From contig OZ199838.1 of assembly GCA_964304625.1 (NCBI GenBank), positions 9,079,245-9,143,244 on the forward strand: a stretch of 64,000 nt of DNA, given 5' to 3'. Positions 1 to 13,336 of the stretch are shown here, in pieces. How positions within the stretch are numbered: position 1 is the first letter of the stretch; each line of letters opens with the position of its first letter. Below the pieces are notes generated by a model, which saw only the letters and a program-made list of their open reading frames with translations, was not told the origin of the DNA and did no database searches. The translations under genes were made by a program, and so were the position numbers. The DNA comes from Kudoa neothunni. Lineage: Eukaryota; Animalia; Cnidaria.

Positions 1-61
1 GACTCTATAGAAACATTTTTATGCTAATCAATGTATGGCGGGCCGTAGGTTGCCCGCCCTG
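1..61. mobile_element. Terminus of a hAT (Charlie-type) DNA transposon that extends out of the window
   Basis: The reverse complement of 38-61 reads CAGGGCGGGCAACCTACGGCCCGC, a typical hAT terminal repeat. The flank GTTTATAA fits the NTNTANAN target preference. Confidence 0.65.
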
Positions 62-102
62 GTTTATAAGGTTTATTTATGTAGCATTTCTTGATTTATA
101 AT

Positions 103-245
103 TGGCACTGGCAATTGCCACAGGAGGGAATAACTTAAAATCTAAGAATCAAGTTAAATTTGAAATTCACATGTGTAATCAATGATTCTTGGACTAACAT
201 GAAACATGATTAACTATTTTGGATAAAATTTGAGCTGTTGAAAGT
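103..245 (+). repeat. Dispersed repeat, copy A (hAT sub-terminal region)
   Basis: Aligns by eye with minus-strand copies at about 3170-3320 and 4505-4680, sharing TTTGAAATTCACA...AATGATT...ATTAAC. Confidence 0.7.
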
Positions 246-580
246 TCTAATATTGTGACTATAAATTTTTTGTTTTGATTAATGTTAAATGCATATTTTA
301 ATTTTTTATTAATAAAGGTTTCTTAAACATAAAACCAAATACCAGACATTGTGTTGTATGCATAAAAACGTCCACCCTATTACCTCTGATTGTACCTAAT
401 ATGTTTAACCTAGCTCAGCTAATGTAATCTGTAAAAATATGCTTAATTATATTTAATAGAATGAAATAATTACATTTGTTATATACATATATTTGGTTTT
501 TAGATTATATTTATATCTCTATTATTACATATCCAAAAAGTATAATAAGTATTAACGTTATTCATGGGAAATGATTAGAC

Positions 581-1261
581 CAATGTTTCCCAACGTGAGG
601 GCGTGGAAGATTTTTGGTGGGAATGGCAATCTTTGAGCGTTTAATGAACGGCTCTTGTAGAACGTGGAAAATCCTGGGCATTGATGTGACGTGGATAATG
701 GTGAGATAATTGGGAAATGTGTCGCACATTGAAATCCATACTTCGATTTTTAATCTTATTTTTAAGCGAATATGAATATCATAAAACAATACCAAAGCAT
801 TGATTAATTTGTATAAAAAATATAAAAACGTTTAACATGGTTTTTGCTCAATAGAATCGGAATGGTTATAATTCCAATGTTGTCAAATTTATAATCGTGA
901 TCCCTTCTTTTTTTGGCTTATCCAAAAACAATATTGATTAACTTTCAATATTAATTATTTTATTTCGATCTGTAATTCCCGAATACAGAAACGTTTTGTC
1001 TGATGCGGGTTGGATTATTACAAGCTTCACTTAACGAGGCTTTTGGCTAAATGAAGATGTAAAAATGTTAATTTTTAAGTCCATCTATAAATTAAATTGG
1101 ATCTGATCAAATACATTTTAATTCTAATAACAAAGAAATATTTGACATTTTTCAATTTTAATGTGACATGAAGCTTGATTCAAAATTATAAGCAATTTAA
1201 GTTAAAAAATCAATATATTTGGAAAAGGTGGGGGCGATAGAAAAAAAGTTGGGAAATACTG
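581..1261. mobile_element. Non-autonomous hAT element
   Basis: Inverted termini CAATGTTTCCCAAC (581) and GTTGGGAAATACTG (ends 1261). Flanks GATTAGAC / GATTAACA resemble a decayed 8-bp target-site duplication (TSD). Confidence 0.7.
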
Positions 1262-1449
1262 GATTAACACATTCTATGTAATGAATTCAGTAAAATTTTA
1301 AAGTAATGATTAATTTTATAGTTAAAATCAATATAAAAGCTTACTGTTTGCACTTAAATAGCAGTGAACATAATTCTATCTTCTTAAATGATATTGCTAC
1401 AAGCATGGATAAATTACTAGTTTTAATAACATCAAAATTTAAATAAAAC

Positions 1450-3395
1450 TTAAATTTTACTCTAATGCGTTATCTAAAATTAATGTTCACAAAAGTAGAA
1501 AACACGTTTTGTATTTTTGATTACAGTAACTTGTGTGGAAATTTAAGTTTTCACTGTAGCCTCATTTGTACAATGGAATCCTCTCCTGGATTAAAAGTTG
1601 ACTTGTATAATTCCTTAAAAAATCATATTAATCGTTAGCATCATTTTTTCTCCTTCAATTTATAAATTGGGAAATTGTGAAAAATACTAAATTCCCTATC
1701 TAAAATGCTAAAATATTTTAATGAAGCTTTGATTTACTACAAAATAATGTTTGTATTCTTTTTGACTCTATAAAGAAGAAAGCTTAAAGGTGACAAAAAT
1801 TGTCAAAATATAGAGGCAATTGCCCCCCTAGCATTACTTTTTGAGCTAGTAACGATGGGGGAAAGTTTTCATAATCATATTATTAAATGAGATACAAAAT
1901 CATCTTGGTGATGTTTCGATATATAAATTTTTATTTCATCAACAAAAAGTCGACTTCTCAGGTAATCATCTTTTTGAATTAATATCATTTGGATCTAATA
2001 AAAAGCGTATAAAAAAAAGTTATGCTATGAAACGAGTAAAAATATCACGGTGAAATCCCTACATAATGTGAAAACAAAAGGAAAACTAACATAGATGTAT
2101 TTTCGGCTGTCAGTACGTCAACTTATAATTTTAATTGTGCTGTTAAAATTATTAAAAATGACAATAATGTTGTTACTTGATTATTTTTGGTTGATCACCC
2201 AATGCAACAAACTCTCAATTTTTCTGAAAATTTGTGTTAATGAAGGTAATAAATAAACTTTTGAATTCGCGGTGATTGCAGATTTAAATATTTTGGATAA
2301 ATTCCACAATTTTTATTGTTATTAACGCACCCTTGTATTTAACTGCTGCTAACGATCCTATTTGAGAATTACGCATAACTTATGCATGCATTTTGTAGAA
2401 AAAAATTCAAGTAGACATTGATGGCTTCTTGAAACAAATTTTAGCATGCTTCCTTATTTTGAATGAAAAATTATGTAACTTTGTTACGGATAACAACATA
2501 AAGTGAGGGAATTTTTGAGAATTGTCTCTTCAAATACCAAATTTTTACCTACCTGTAAACTTTGTGTAATACAAATGTTTCAAAGGAAGTTAGCACAAAA
2601 TAATACGAAATAACAACTGATACTCGAAATAAAATCATTAAAATGTTAACAAATATTAGAGTTAGCATTCCCATCGAGAGTGAAAGCAATCGAACGACCT
2701 AAAGAATCAAGGCTAACAGTCAATGCTTTTTCTAGAAAAAAAAACAATGAAAAAATATAATATTATATATTTAAAATACTAACTATTCATCACACCAAAA
2801 GTTTTATTTGAGTACAAAAATTCTAACACAATCAGTCTAATACAATATTTCTAATTCATGCACTTAAGAATTTTAATAACTTAATAATTTACTTCCCTAC
2901 TGTTTTCAACTTACAAATTATACAAATATCTCTCCAATTTAAAATAAATGAGCAGTTGTCACAAGATTTAAAACATTTCTTGGTGCACGTCCATATTAAT
3001 AGAAATCCAAATTGTTTATTTCATCTGAGTATTCTCCTTATTAACTAATGTTACGCACACAATTTTGCATATTAATTTTTTTAAACGTTAAAAACGTGAA
3101 CTAAAGCTATATTTTAACCCAAAATTCTTTACAATATTGTTGTATTTTTAACCAATGTATTTTTCTTTAATATTGTTAATTATGTTAGGCCAATAATCAT
3201 TAATTTCAATTGTGAATTTCAAATTCTATGTGAGTTTGAAGATTTGGAGTTATCCCCTCCCGTAGCAAAAGACAATCCACACATGCGGATTATACGGACC
3301 CATAGCGATAGCCAATGCCTCGTGAAAATAGTGTATGCTCGCGTAATTTTTCAGCTGTCCAAATGTGTCCACGGGTCGCACTTTACCCACCACTG
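1450..3395 (-). mobile_element. Degenerate hAT transposon: terminus, repeat copy B and transposase remnants
   Basis: The minus strand starts CAGTGGTGGGTAAAGTGCGACCCGTGG at 3395 (hAT terminal repeat). A minus-strand remnant near 2250-2330, IKIVEFIQNI*ICNHREFKKF, resembles the hAT motif VVKIVNFIRxxxLNHRQF. The left boundary is approximate. Confidence 0.5.
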
Positions 3396-4209
3396 CCCAA
3401 GGGGTTACATACGACCGACCCATCATCGTATTCAATTTTTTCTGTCAAGTAGGAGTAAATTGTTTCAAAAACTTAAAAATTTCATAAGGGAAATAACTTA
3501 AGGCAGATTATAGGAAGTTATTACTTTTTAAGAAGAATCCTTACATGTGTGTTTAGTATAGCATTCAATAAACGTAAAAATGTAGTTATAAAAAACCTAA
3601 AAACGAAAAAACGGGTATTTCTATAAAATTATTAGTTTTAATGAATTATGTATGTACTGATCAAAATAATAATCTTAATTTATATATTATATTTGTATCT
3701 TTAAAAATTTACAATTAGTATATTTTTCCGAATTGTTCGTTAAAAAATTTTAGCATATAAAAAAATTATAAACTATAACAAATCTTACTACATTAATATC
3801 TACATTGGAAAGTTCATGAAGTATGTTTATTATAGTTAAAAATGATATGTTTATGTGAAACTTGCAAAAAGTTTATTTTTTAAGTTAATTTATATAAAAT
3901 TGTTATATGTCAATAATAAAAAATCTAAATAATAATAAATAATTTCTGAGTTAATAACTAATAAAGAAACAAGTTAATTTAATGTTTGTTGAAAAAAGAA
4001 ATGCGATGAAACATGCGCAAGAGGACGTTTTTTAGGTGTCGCATACTTTACTATTACCACAATCAGTTTGGTTCCCCTATTAAGTAAAATCAGTCAATTT
4101 AAGATATATAAAACTTTTTTATGAATGAATAAAAATTTTGGTGTAATCTTATTAGAATACAACAAACGTCTAAAACCATTGAAATTTAAAATGTGGGCAT
4201 GTGTAAAAC

Positions 4210-4299
4210 ATGATATCGGAATGGGTATCGGTATCGATCAGTACTGAAATTTGGAATACTCGTGCTCGTTTTAAAAGATGTGGTATCGGTGCAACCCTA
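4210..4299. mobile_element. Terminus of a TAGGG-type hAT MITE
   Basis: Repeated GGTATCGG and TACTCG sub-terminal motifs end in GGTATCGGTGCAACCCTA (reverse complement TAGGGTTGCACCGATACC). The partner end was not found. Confidence 0.55.
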
Positions 4300-4504
4300 A
4301 TAAAAACCATAGGTAGGCCCAAGGCAATGAATAATTATTTTGAATTCGATAAAAAAATTTGATATCTAAGTGGTATGTTTGAAAAAATATAATCATTCTG
4401 TTTTAAAAATTGTTGTGGGTTATTTGCTTTATAACAAATCTAATGGAAATAAAATTAATCCCATACTCGTCGCGCGTGCGCAATTCGTATAGAAAAGACA
4501 TTAT

Positions 4505-4680
4505 CTTTTTCAATAGCTCAAATTTTCTCAAAAACAGTTAATTATGGTAGGCAAAAAATCATTAATTACAAATGTGAATTTCAAATTTTAACTGGGTTCT
4601 TAGATTCGGAATTATTTCCTCCTGTACCAATGGATAAACCACATATGCGGATTGCATGGATCCGTGGCAATAGCCACTGC
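4505..4680 (-). repeat. Dispersed repeat, copy C (hAT sub-terminal region)
   Basis: Homologous to 103-245 (+) and about 3170-3320 (-). Confidence 0.7.
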
Positions 4681-5329
4681 CTTTAAAATTACCCCAATTA
4701 ATATTTTCAACGGTAAATTGAGCAATTATAAAATTTCGATGACCCATAATAATCAAAAGAATAATTGTTGTTTATTTATTAAAAGTCACTAGAATAATTC
4801 ACACCTTCGTTGAATTCGTTATGTCAATGAAACAGGTGAAAATGTACTATTTTATAGTTTTAATGTTATGTGCGCATGCAATTTTTCTATCGAAATTAAT
4901 GTCTGTTAATATTCACGTTAAAATAAATATACAAACTTATACGGATGATTTAAAAAGTAGTTAATTTTTAGTTTAGGCATACCGACAAAATTAACAACAT
5001 TAATTTGCAATCAATAAAAAAATATTTTGGAAATATAAATAATTATAATTACTTTTTGTAGCTTTAATTTTTTACTAAAAATTCAAGAATTATTATTTTA
5101 TAATTTATGAATTAACGTTTCAAATAAAATAATCTTAACTACTTTCACAATAAATTGTTTTATCCAAAACCTTGTTACGAATATAATAATTATTTAGGTC
5201 TATAAATCATAATTTTATTCACATAAATCCTAATGAAATAGTCTTAGAGTCCAAGAGAATCGATATAGTAAAGTTTTTTATATTTATATTTATTATAACG
5301 AAATGTACTTAAAAGCATACTGGAGGTTA

Positions 5330-5670
5330 TTACAAAGTTATATGATTACCAGTAACAAGCGTTTTTGGATATGACATCATTTTCCACCAATTTTGCAAGC
5401 CTTAATTCAATAATGTAGAGATACGATTTACGCAGTTATACTCATACTCTACAAATATTGCTGAATCTCATTCAATTTACGTTACGTTAGAAAAACAATT
5501 TTTATTTCTCATGAACGGTGGAGGTAATATTTTCATGGATGAAATTTATCTCTTTCAAACTCTCGGAATAGCTGCAAGAAATTAATTTAGGAGAAAAAAC
5601 TGTTACTCATCTTCTTACAATTAAATCGAATATAATACAAAAAGACCACAATCCACTCAATTAGGCTACA
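5330..5670 (+). mobile_element. Highly decayed mariner transposase fragment
   Basis: The translation SYSTNIAES..IYVTLEKQF near 5440-5500 resembles the mariner motif PYSPDIAPSDxxLFxxL. Many stops; no termini found. Confidence 0.35.
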
Positions 5671-5885
5671 ACCCGATGCAGTTAGAGGGATAAATACTTT
5701 TAATTCAAATATTTAAAAATCTTAAAATAATTATAATTTTGATAGATATCCAGTCGTTTTAATTTCAATGAAATAAATGAAAAAGAAATTGGAAATAATG
5801 AATATATGTGTATGTATTTTAATAAGTAATCGAAAGCATTTATATTCAAATCTAAACGTGAGATTGATCGAGGGAATGTGTTATT

Positions 5886-7524
5886 TCATTTCTTCTTAGA
5901 CTTCGCCTTTCCCACGTTATTTTTGGTGTTGCTAGCCGCGGATTTTGGAAGTGATGAAGCGACCGTTTTACCGACCTATAATAACAATAACGTAGACACT
6001 AGAGTCGATGATAATAATTCATTCGACTTTGAAAAACTGGTCAATTCTAGCTTGCGTAGAACGTTTGAGAGCCTTGTTAAGACGTTCGATTCCATTTTCT
6101 ACTGTGTTCGAACTAGGGCAAAGCGAAGTTATTTTTTTATTAAACGCCACATGGCATATACTTAAATCCTTTTTTATTTACCAGGTAATCTATTAGCTCA
6201 TCCTTATTAGGAGGTTTCCATTCAAACTATCATCCCGAGGGAAATAAAATCAGTGCCCAGCTCCAACAACTAAATACTTTGTGTTCAGAAAAGTCGGAAA
6301 CAAGTGGTTCGGTGAAGAGCTTTCTAACGGATTCAATATTAGGGTTTCCTTCCATCGTTAGAGTAGGCTTTTCTTTGAGAATATTTTCGATGGAGCCAAA
6401 TTTTTTCAACAAATTAAGCGCCTTATGTGGTCCTATTCCTTTTATGGTGGGGCAATAGTCACATCCCATTAGAATGCACAAGTCAATAAACTAACACAAT
6501 ATTCAAACTCATATTAAATAAGGATGATAAACAAATTACAGTTTTTAGTTCAATCTCCAGACCATTCAGTAATTTTTCTAGGTTGAACTCAATCACCGGT
6601 AGATTCCTAAAAAAAATAAGTCCAATGAAGAAGAGAAAATATACTTGGACGAACTACTCAACAGATTTCTCAGTAGAATAGTAGAGCCGAATGTCAAAGC
6701 ATCCATATCTTCAGTAGCAACAGCAAAAGCTTGGCCATTTTTAACCATTTGGGCACATTGAGCTTCTGCCTCTGATGCGCCAGTAACAAATGGAACACCC
6801 ATACGCTGTAGCAATTCTTTAGCGTCTTCATTGTGTTCTTTTGTAACTTTTACCTTAATAAAAGTTTATTGATCAAACAATGCGATTCAGACTCTAAGTA
6901 CAGTCCTCCTAACAAACTTATTGATATCCTCAACATTCGCTAAACATTGAAAATTTTATCTTTTTTAAAAATCTACACTCAAAAAACCATTTTCGATGGC
7001 TTCTTCTAACGATTTTTGATTTTTTTGAAGTAACTCTTGACGTTTCTCAAGCTAACACAACAAATAGTTTTATAGGAAAATTTTTTGATTTAATACCGTT
7101 CCTGACTTGTTTTCGGGAGGTGCACCATCGAAAACATATCTAAACCAACAAATGAATGTACACACATTTTCCATTAAAGTTACATGGGTTTAATTCCATT
7201 TTCTATCAATCGAATTGTACGAAAAAACAGACCCGTAAGATGACTAAACTGGTGAAATTGGTGACAAATATATCGACATTACCTTGTGACCTGACCGTCA
7301 ATATCTTTGAGATTTTCACCATTCACTCGTATAGCGACCATAAATTGATACAAACACATAGAAATATCAATGGCCACTATTCTACCTAAAATGGGCATTT
7401 GAAGGGTAAGCTGAATAGGTATTGGGAGAAATGACGAACTACCATTGTAGCCAGTAATTTTATTTTCTTTGTAAGCTCCTGGCGCAACCGTTTTGATGAA
7501 TTTACTCAGACCGCGTATTCCCAT
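5886..7524 (-). CDS. FEN1: Flap endonuclease 1 (12 exons, 11 introns of about 38-57 nt)
   Basis: Spliced translation gives [52 protein letters not shown]3TH motif [18 protein letters not shown] box QARIDQFF and a basic tail ending KSKKK-TGA. All introns are GT-AG. Confidence 0.97.
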
Positions 7525-8390
7525 CCTAGTCTTTGATAGCTGAGCTCACGATTGATCCTCTTAACTACACATTCTAGTTTGCAATTGTATTTAATTACTC
7601 TCTTAGTTTTATATTCTTTATTTTTAGGGTTAAATTTAATAATTGAACACATAATGTAGTTTTTGTTGGTAATTATTGTGATTGCTAACTATTTATAGTT
7701 GACGAATAAGCTCGATTCTGTTTTAATGTGCGCGCCTAGCCTGTGTGGCTTCATTGTACCGCTTTTTTCGTTGATAATATCAATCAATATTTCACATTAT
7801 TTTGAGTAATAAATTTAGAATTTTAGTTTTAATACTTAATGGAGTGTCATTCCGAAGGTTGCCAACATTTAACGTATTAATTACTTCCATGTTGCAACTC
7901 TCTGAATTCCCCATTTGTATGGCTTAGTGTACAATGAATAAGTTTAAACCGCAATAAGCTTGATTTAGGGACAATTTAATTAAAACAATTTCATATTTGA
8001 ATGATAATGTCATCTTTTGAGCGTTGGAAAATCTCAACAACCCTTTCAATTTCTTAAATAATATTCAGAGGGGTGATGCAATACGGTATTTCAAGATCAA
8101 AATGCAACCTTCTTAAAATGGAACATATTTTTAATTATTAATATTTCTTGGTTTAAATAACGATTAAACTATGAGCCTGAATAGTTGTAGTAGTTTAAAT
8201 ATTGTTTAGGCATAATTTTAGTTGGGCATTCCGTAATAGCATTAAATAATCTTTATTGTCGGAAGGATTTTTATTTCTTACAACTGATATCAAATAATAG
8301 AAACCATCTCATGTGGATTTAAAAAAGGGTCACAACGTTATAGGAAAATTAGGTTTAGACAATTTTTGCAAAACTTGTTATGCAATCATC

Positions 8391-9675
8391 GGCTGAAATT
8401 TGGTCTAAGCACCCCTAACCCTCAATAAAATAGTGCTTATATTTATTATAAAAACAAATTTTGTACAAAACGCAACAAAAAGGCAAATAAGAGTTGTTTG
8501 ATTGTAGATTAATTTTTAAAGATTGTATAAAACCACTCCATAAGTCATGTCGATTTGTTTGTCTCCATTGAAATTCACCAAGAAATTCATTAATGCCATC
8601 CATACGAACAGTTCCATCCTCATTAATTGATAAGGTTCGATTTCTTGGAGATATTCGGTATTTTATAGCATCCCAAATGCCTTCAATAATATTGGTGTGA
8701 GTTCCAGAAACATTATCTACATATTCTATACCGTGGTTAACAGTGAGATGAGTCTAAAAATTATGGAGTGTGGCGTAGCTTTTGAAGCAGTCAGTGATGA
8801 TAATGGAGCCTGGTTTGACATAGGTTTTTATTTTTTTATTAGGATTTTAACAGCTCCATTATGGACCTTCACTAGAAAAATTCTTCTTTTGGGTGTCCTT
8901 TCGACACCTCCAAGAACCCATACTCCATTAATACCATGGCCATTGTTGTGCTTTATTTTACCAAACTTCGACTCATAAATTTCTACGATTGTGTTTTCTC
9001 CTCCAATTATGATGTCCTCGAATCCTAAACTGTCGGCCATCATCTGTCTAAGGTAGTGCGAGTAGTTTGTGATAGTTTGAGAAGAGTGACCAGTTATAGT
9101 GATCAAGTTAAGGGTTTTTACACCCACAAACCAATAATAAGCCAATTCCATGAAATAATTAACTTTAATTTTCATATTTTTGAAGATTTTATAGTCAAAA
9201 ATGGAGAATTCTTTCCTCCAAGACTTTGCACAACATCGCCAATTTTTTCTGTGGATCGAAAATCTGATTCCACCACATTTAATGCAATTAATTGACTCCT
9301 TAAGAACGCCGTATTCAATAAGATAATTTATGGAATTTGTCTCTTCACTGAAAATTTTACTGAATGCCTTTCTTGGTGTAATCATTGTTGTGTGGTTTGT
9401 TTGTAAATAGCGACTTAATCCTTATATATCGTGTTTGTGAGCCGGTAATCCTGATGGTACGGTATTAGTGTTAGCGGAGGTAAACAAACAATTATCTCCG
9501 CCGTTAATCTCGATAATGTTATAGGATTATATAGGGCAGATTTCAAATGTGATCCCAATCATCACCAACTATATTCTGAACGAATGATTTTTGCATATTG
9601 GAAAATTTTGATCATCGGTCCCCACCTTTTTACTGACTGAACAAATATCATCATGATTTCGCCTTAAAATTCACC
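8391..9675 (-). mobile_element. Merlin/IS1595(ISXO2)-like DNA transposon with an inactivated transposase (about 8480-9385)
   Basis: N-terminal CxxC...WRC, then IIIGGENTIVEIYESKFG, WVLGGVER, PGSIIITDCFKSY, HLTVNH, HTNIIEGIW and EFQWR. The first catalytic Asp is changed to Tyr, and there is a 1-nt frameshift near 8835 and an in-frame TAG. Imperfect termini GGCTGAAATTT / AAAATTCACC with flanks CAATCATC / CAATCGGT; ends are tentative. Confidence 0.88.
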
Positions 9676-11014
9676 CAATCGGTGATTTTTGAACATTCAT
9701 ACACATGTAAATTTATTCCTTTGTATATTTCTGAGACATTTTATAAGAAATCAAACAAACAATAATTATTTCTGCGAATAGAATGACTCTATTTCGCATT
9801 CTTACGTGAAATGTCACATATTTCCGTTTATGTATGTCAATTCAATTTTGATTCGGTATGGGGGTGTTTTGACCAGACGTATTTCTAAGCACGTTTAAAA
9901 TCTGTTTTTTGATATAAAAATAATGCTCTTTTAATTTAGAACCCGTTTAGAAAAAGAATTATATCATTTTAAAAGATTATTTGCATTTTGATCTTGAAAT
10001 ACTGTATCACTCCTTGAAAATAAATTATTTTACAAATTAAATGAAAATTTGTATTTTTAAAATAATTATTTTTTATCAGTTTAATATCTTGTCTCATTTT
10101 TAATATTAAGTTTTTTTATTTAAGATTTCCATTATATAGAGATTAATCCGATATTAGACATTGAAGTTAAAATATTTTGTTTAGTGTTGAAATATACTAA
10201 CTCTAAGCTTATATTTTCCAGTTTAGCAATTTTAAATCCATTTAAATTCATAATATCATATTTGGTAGTGTTAAACCGATTTTTAGAATAGCAAAGTATA
10301 TTTTTAATTTATGTCAAACTATTTATATAAGGATTTCAATCGAAATAGAGACTAGTAGTAATTATCCATTATTTTAACTAATTTAAACTTTGAATTATCC
10401 TCAGACACATCTGAATAACAATTTTAGAATCGAAGGAAGCGATATCTTATGATTAAAATAATACTAATCTATGTAGAGGGGGATGATATATTAGTTCATA
10501 TGATGATATTTAGTTTGAATGGTATAAATTTAAACAATAATTAAACATTAAATATACAATTAGAAAAGCTCGACTAATATATATATAATTTAAAATCGTC
10601 ACAGTGATGTTTTAATTCTACAAAAATCCAGAACGCATAAAATTTTTAAAGAATATGATTTATTCTAAATATATGTCATTAATCAAATTTTAATACCCAC
10701 TTGATGCATTTTCTAGGCATTCGTTCTCCATACGATATAGATGGAAAATTAATGTTAAAATTAAATCTCTATTTTAATTATTCTATGTTAAAATTTTTCT
10801 AAGATAAATGCTAAATAATTATCTAACTAAAATAATTTGGAAGTGGTAATTGGTACGACGGTAAATAAAATACAGATGTCATTAATTTTGACTATATTTA
10901 ATTATTGTTTTCCCGTGGAATTCTTCTTAAGGAATTAAATAATTAAATGTATTAGATTCTAAAAATTAAATCTTTATACAACTTCTGAGCAAGAGTTGCT
11001 GGGATTAAAATTGT

Positions 11015-12518
11015 AAGTGGCTATATCTCTGAGAATGAATATCTATAAATCTACTGCACATATTTTATTCATATTTTGCATATTATCTAATATTTACTTA
11101 ACTTAATTTTCTGTATGTTTTGGAAAAATTTGAAGAATAAGAAATTTTTAAGGGTGCATCCACCCTGTGTCCATCAATAATCTAGCGTAATTATCATATT
11201 TTTGAAAATTTGGATAAATAAAAAATCTATCATTTATTGAATTCAAAATAATATATAATTTTTTATTATTGTTTTTATCTGATTATTTTATATTTCTAAA
11301 GGGATTGGAATATATGATGACTTGAGAATGAGGGTTATAAATCATTAACTATAGCAGTTATCACATGCCGAAAATAAATTTAATATGTAATGTGTAATAT
11401 TTAATTTTTCGGTTTATTGATATAATAAGTAATATATGTACCTGTTTATATCCATAATTGTTGACAAATGAATTCCTCCTGACTTTACAATTGACCATAT
11501 TTTCGATGAGATTTTGAGGTTTAAAAATCCAATAATAATAATAATATTTTACTGCTGACTTTTAATAAAAGTTGTTCTATCCTATTTTCAACTTAATCGC
11601 TATTATTTGATTGTTTCTTATGAGATTTTAATTCATTATTTGTCAAGTTTTGTAATTTTGATAAATGAGATCCCTATTAAATCAACAGAAATCTCCTAAT
11701 TCTCACTATCAGAAATTAAATCATAAAATATTTCTTTTTTGTTTGCTGAAACAAATATCTACAACTATATCAAATTGTAAATATTGTATTTGCCAACAAA
11801 CCATCATATTTATGGAGGAATCGAACGATAAAAACGTCATCACGAGTCTTAGTTATTATCCCAGTAATCTAATAAACCATATAGCTTTATTAAAAAGTTC
11901 CCCACAAAATTCAGAAGTTATAACTAACACTATCAAAAAACTTGTTTTTTGTAACTTTTATCTGAATTTATTTTGATTTCAAATTTATTTTACTGTCAAT
12001 AATGGTTAAAACATTTTATTTATTATTTTGTATTATCTGACCCACATTTAAAAACCTTTTTCTATATGACATTCTCCATCGATGAATACACAATTTTTAG
12101 AAAAGAGGAATAATGCGTGTGATAATAAAAATTTTAATTATATACGTCTTATTATGACAATATAAAGATTTTCGAAGGAAACGAACCATATTCCATATAT
12201 AAACATGCTAAAATTAATCTTTTACCATTCCAACCCGAAAGAATACAATGGATGCTGAAATAACTTTCAAGTGAAAAATTAATTATTTACATAGATTAAT
12301 TTAAAAGGGAATACTACTTTTATATCGAAATACTTAAAATTATATGATGGTTAGGTTAGATTTTTGATGGACTTCAGGGTGGTTGCATTGCTAAAAATTT
12401 TTTATTCTTCGAATGCTTCCAAAACTTACAGAAATTTAAATTAAACAAATATTAGATAATATTAATAAAATATGTGCAGTAGATTTAGAGATATTCATTC
12501 TCAGAGATATAGTCACTT
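11015..12518. mobile_element. Element with long (about 200 bp) terminal inverted repeats, Mutator/foldback-like MITE
   Basis: 11015 to about 11225 is the imperfect reverse complement of about 12320-12518. The outer ~55 bp (AAGTGGCTATATCTCTGAGAATGAATATCTATAAATCTACTGCACATATTTTATT) are nearly identical. Confidence 0.75.
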
Positions 12519-13336
12519 CCATTAACAATTGTCGTGCCAATAGCCTCTGTCTTCAAATGATGCCCATATTAAAAATGCCGGCTAATTATTAAGAACTCTA
12601 AATATTTGATATTTTTCGGTAAATAAAACTATGTAATAATGTTGAAACTTTTTTTAAAATAAAGTTCACGGTATAATTTGAAAGATATCAAAAGTAATAA
12701 TGCTACCACGCAAACGGCTTTTTATTTTGAAAAAAAAATTGCACGTATATAATAAATAGTAATTTATGCATATTGAAATGCAATTGTGATTTTATCATGC
12801 ATTTTATGATTATTTTCCATAGCAAACAAAAGGATATTCCATGGACATGAAATATCAATATCTAATCAAAATATGTGGATAATATTTTTCATGATGATTG
12901 TGAGCTCTAATTTTATTATTTTAAATGGTATGACTGTTTTTCTTTACTTTTAACTTAGAATCATTTATTAAAACAAAATTATAATGCTCACAATATTAAA
13001 TAAAGTTACACACATATTTAAAATATTTAGTTTCCATCACTACAGTTTCTTATTGATATTTAATCGAACTCTGACCAAAAGGATAGATAAATAGGTAGAT
13101 AGACCTGAAATATCGGTTACTTTGATAAAAAAATCTTAATTAACGTAGGACATACATGTTTTAAAAAGTAAAGAATGAATAAATGGGGGAATTTTAAACA
13201 GTGTCTTAAGGCCAAATCAAGCCTCAATACATGCATAATCGAAAATTATTATATTCTATACTGAAAAAAATAATAAAGAATTTATCGTTATAAATTTTAA
13301 CAGACAACAAATAATAGAGATAATATTCGAGGAAAT

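Noticed and set aside
1036-1062. U2 snRNA-like GGCTTTTGGCTAA
   Set aside because: No GTAGTA branch-pairing sequence or remaining U2 structure, and it lies inside a hAT element.
8828-8840. Programmed -1 frameshift at A-AAA-AAA in the Merlin transposase
   Set aside because: A -1 shift restores the frame, but the copy also has a catalytic Asp-to-Tyr change and a later stop. A homopolymer deletion is the simpler explanation.
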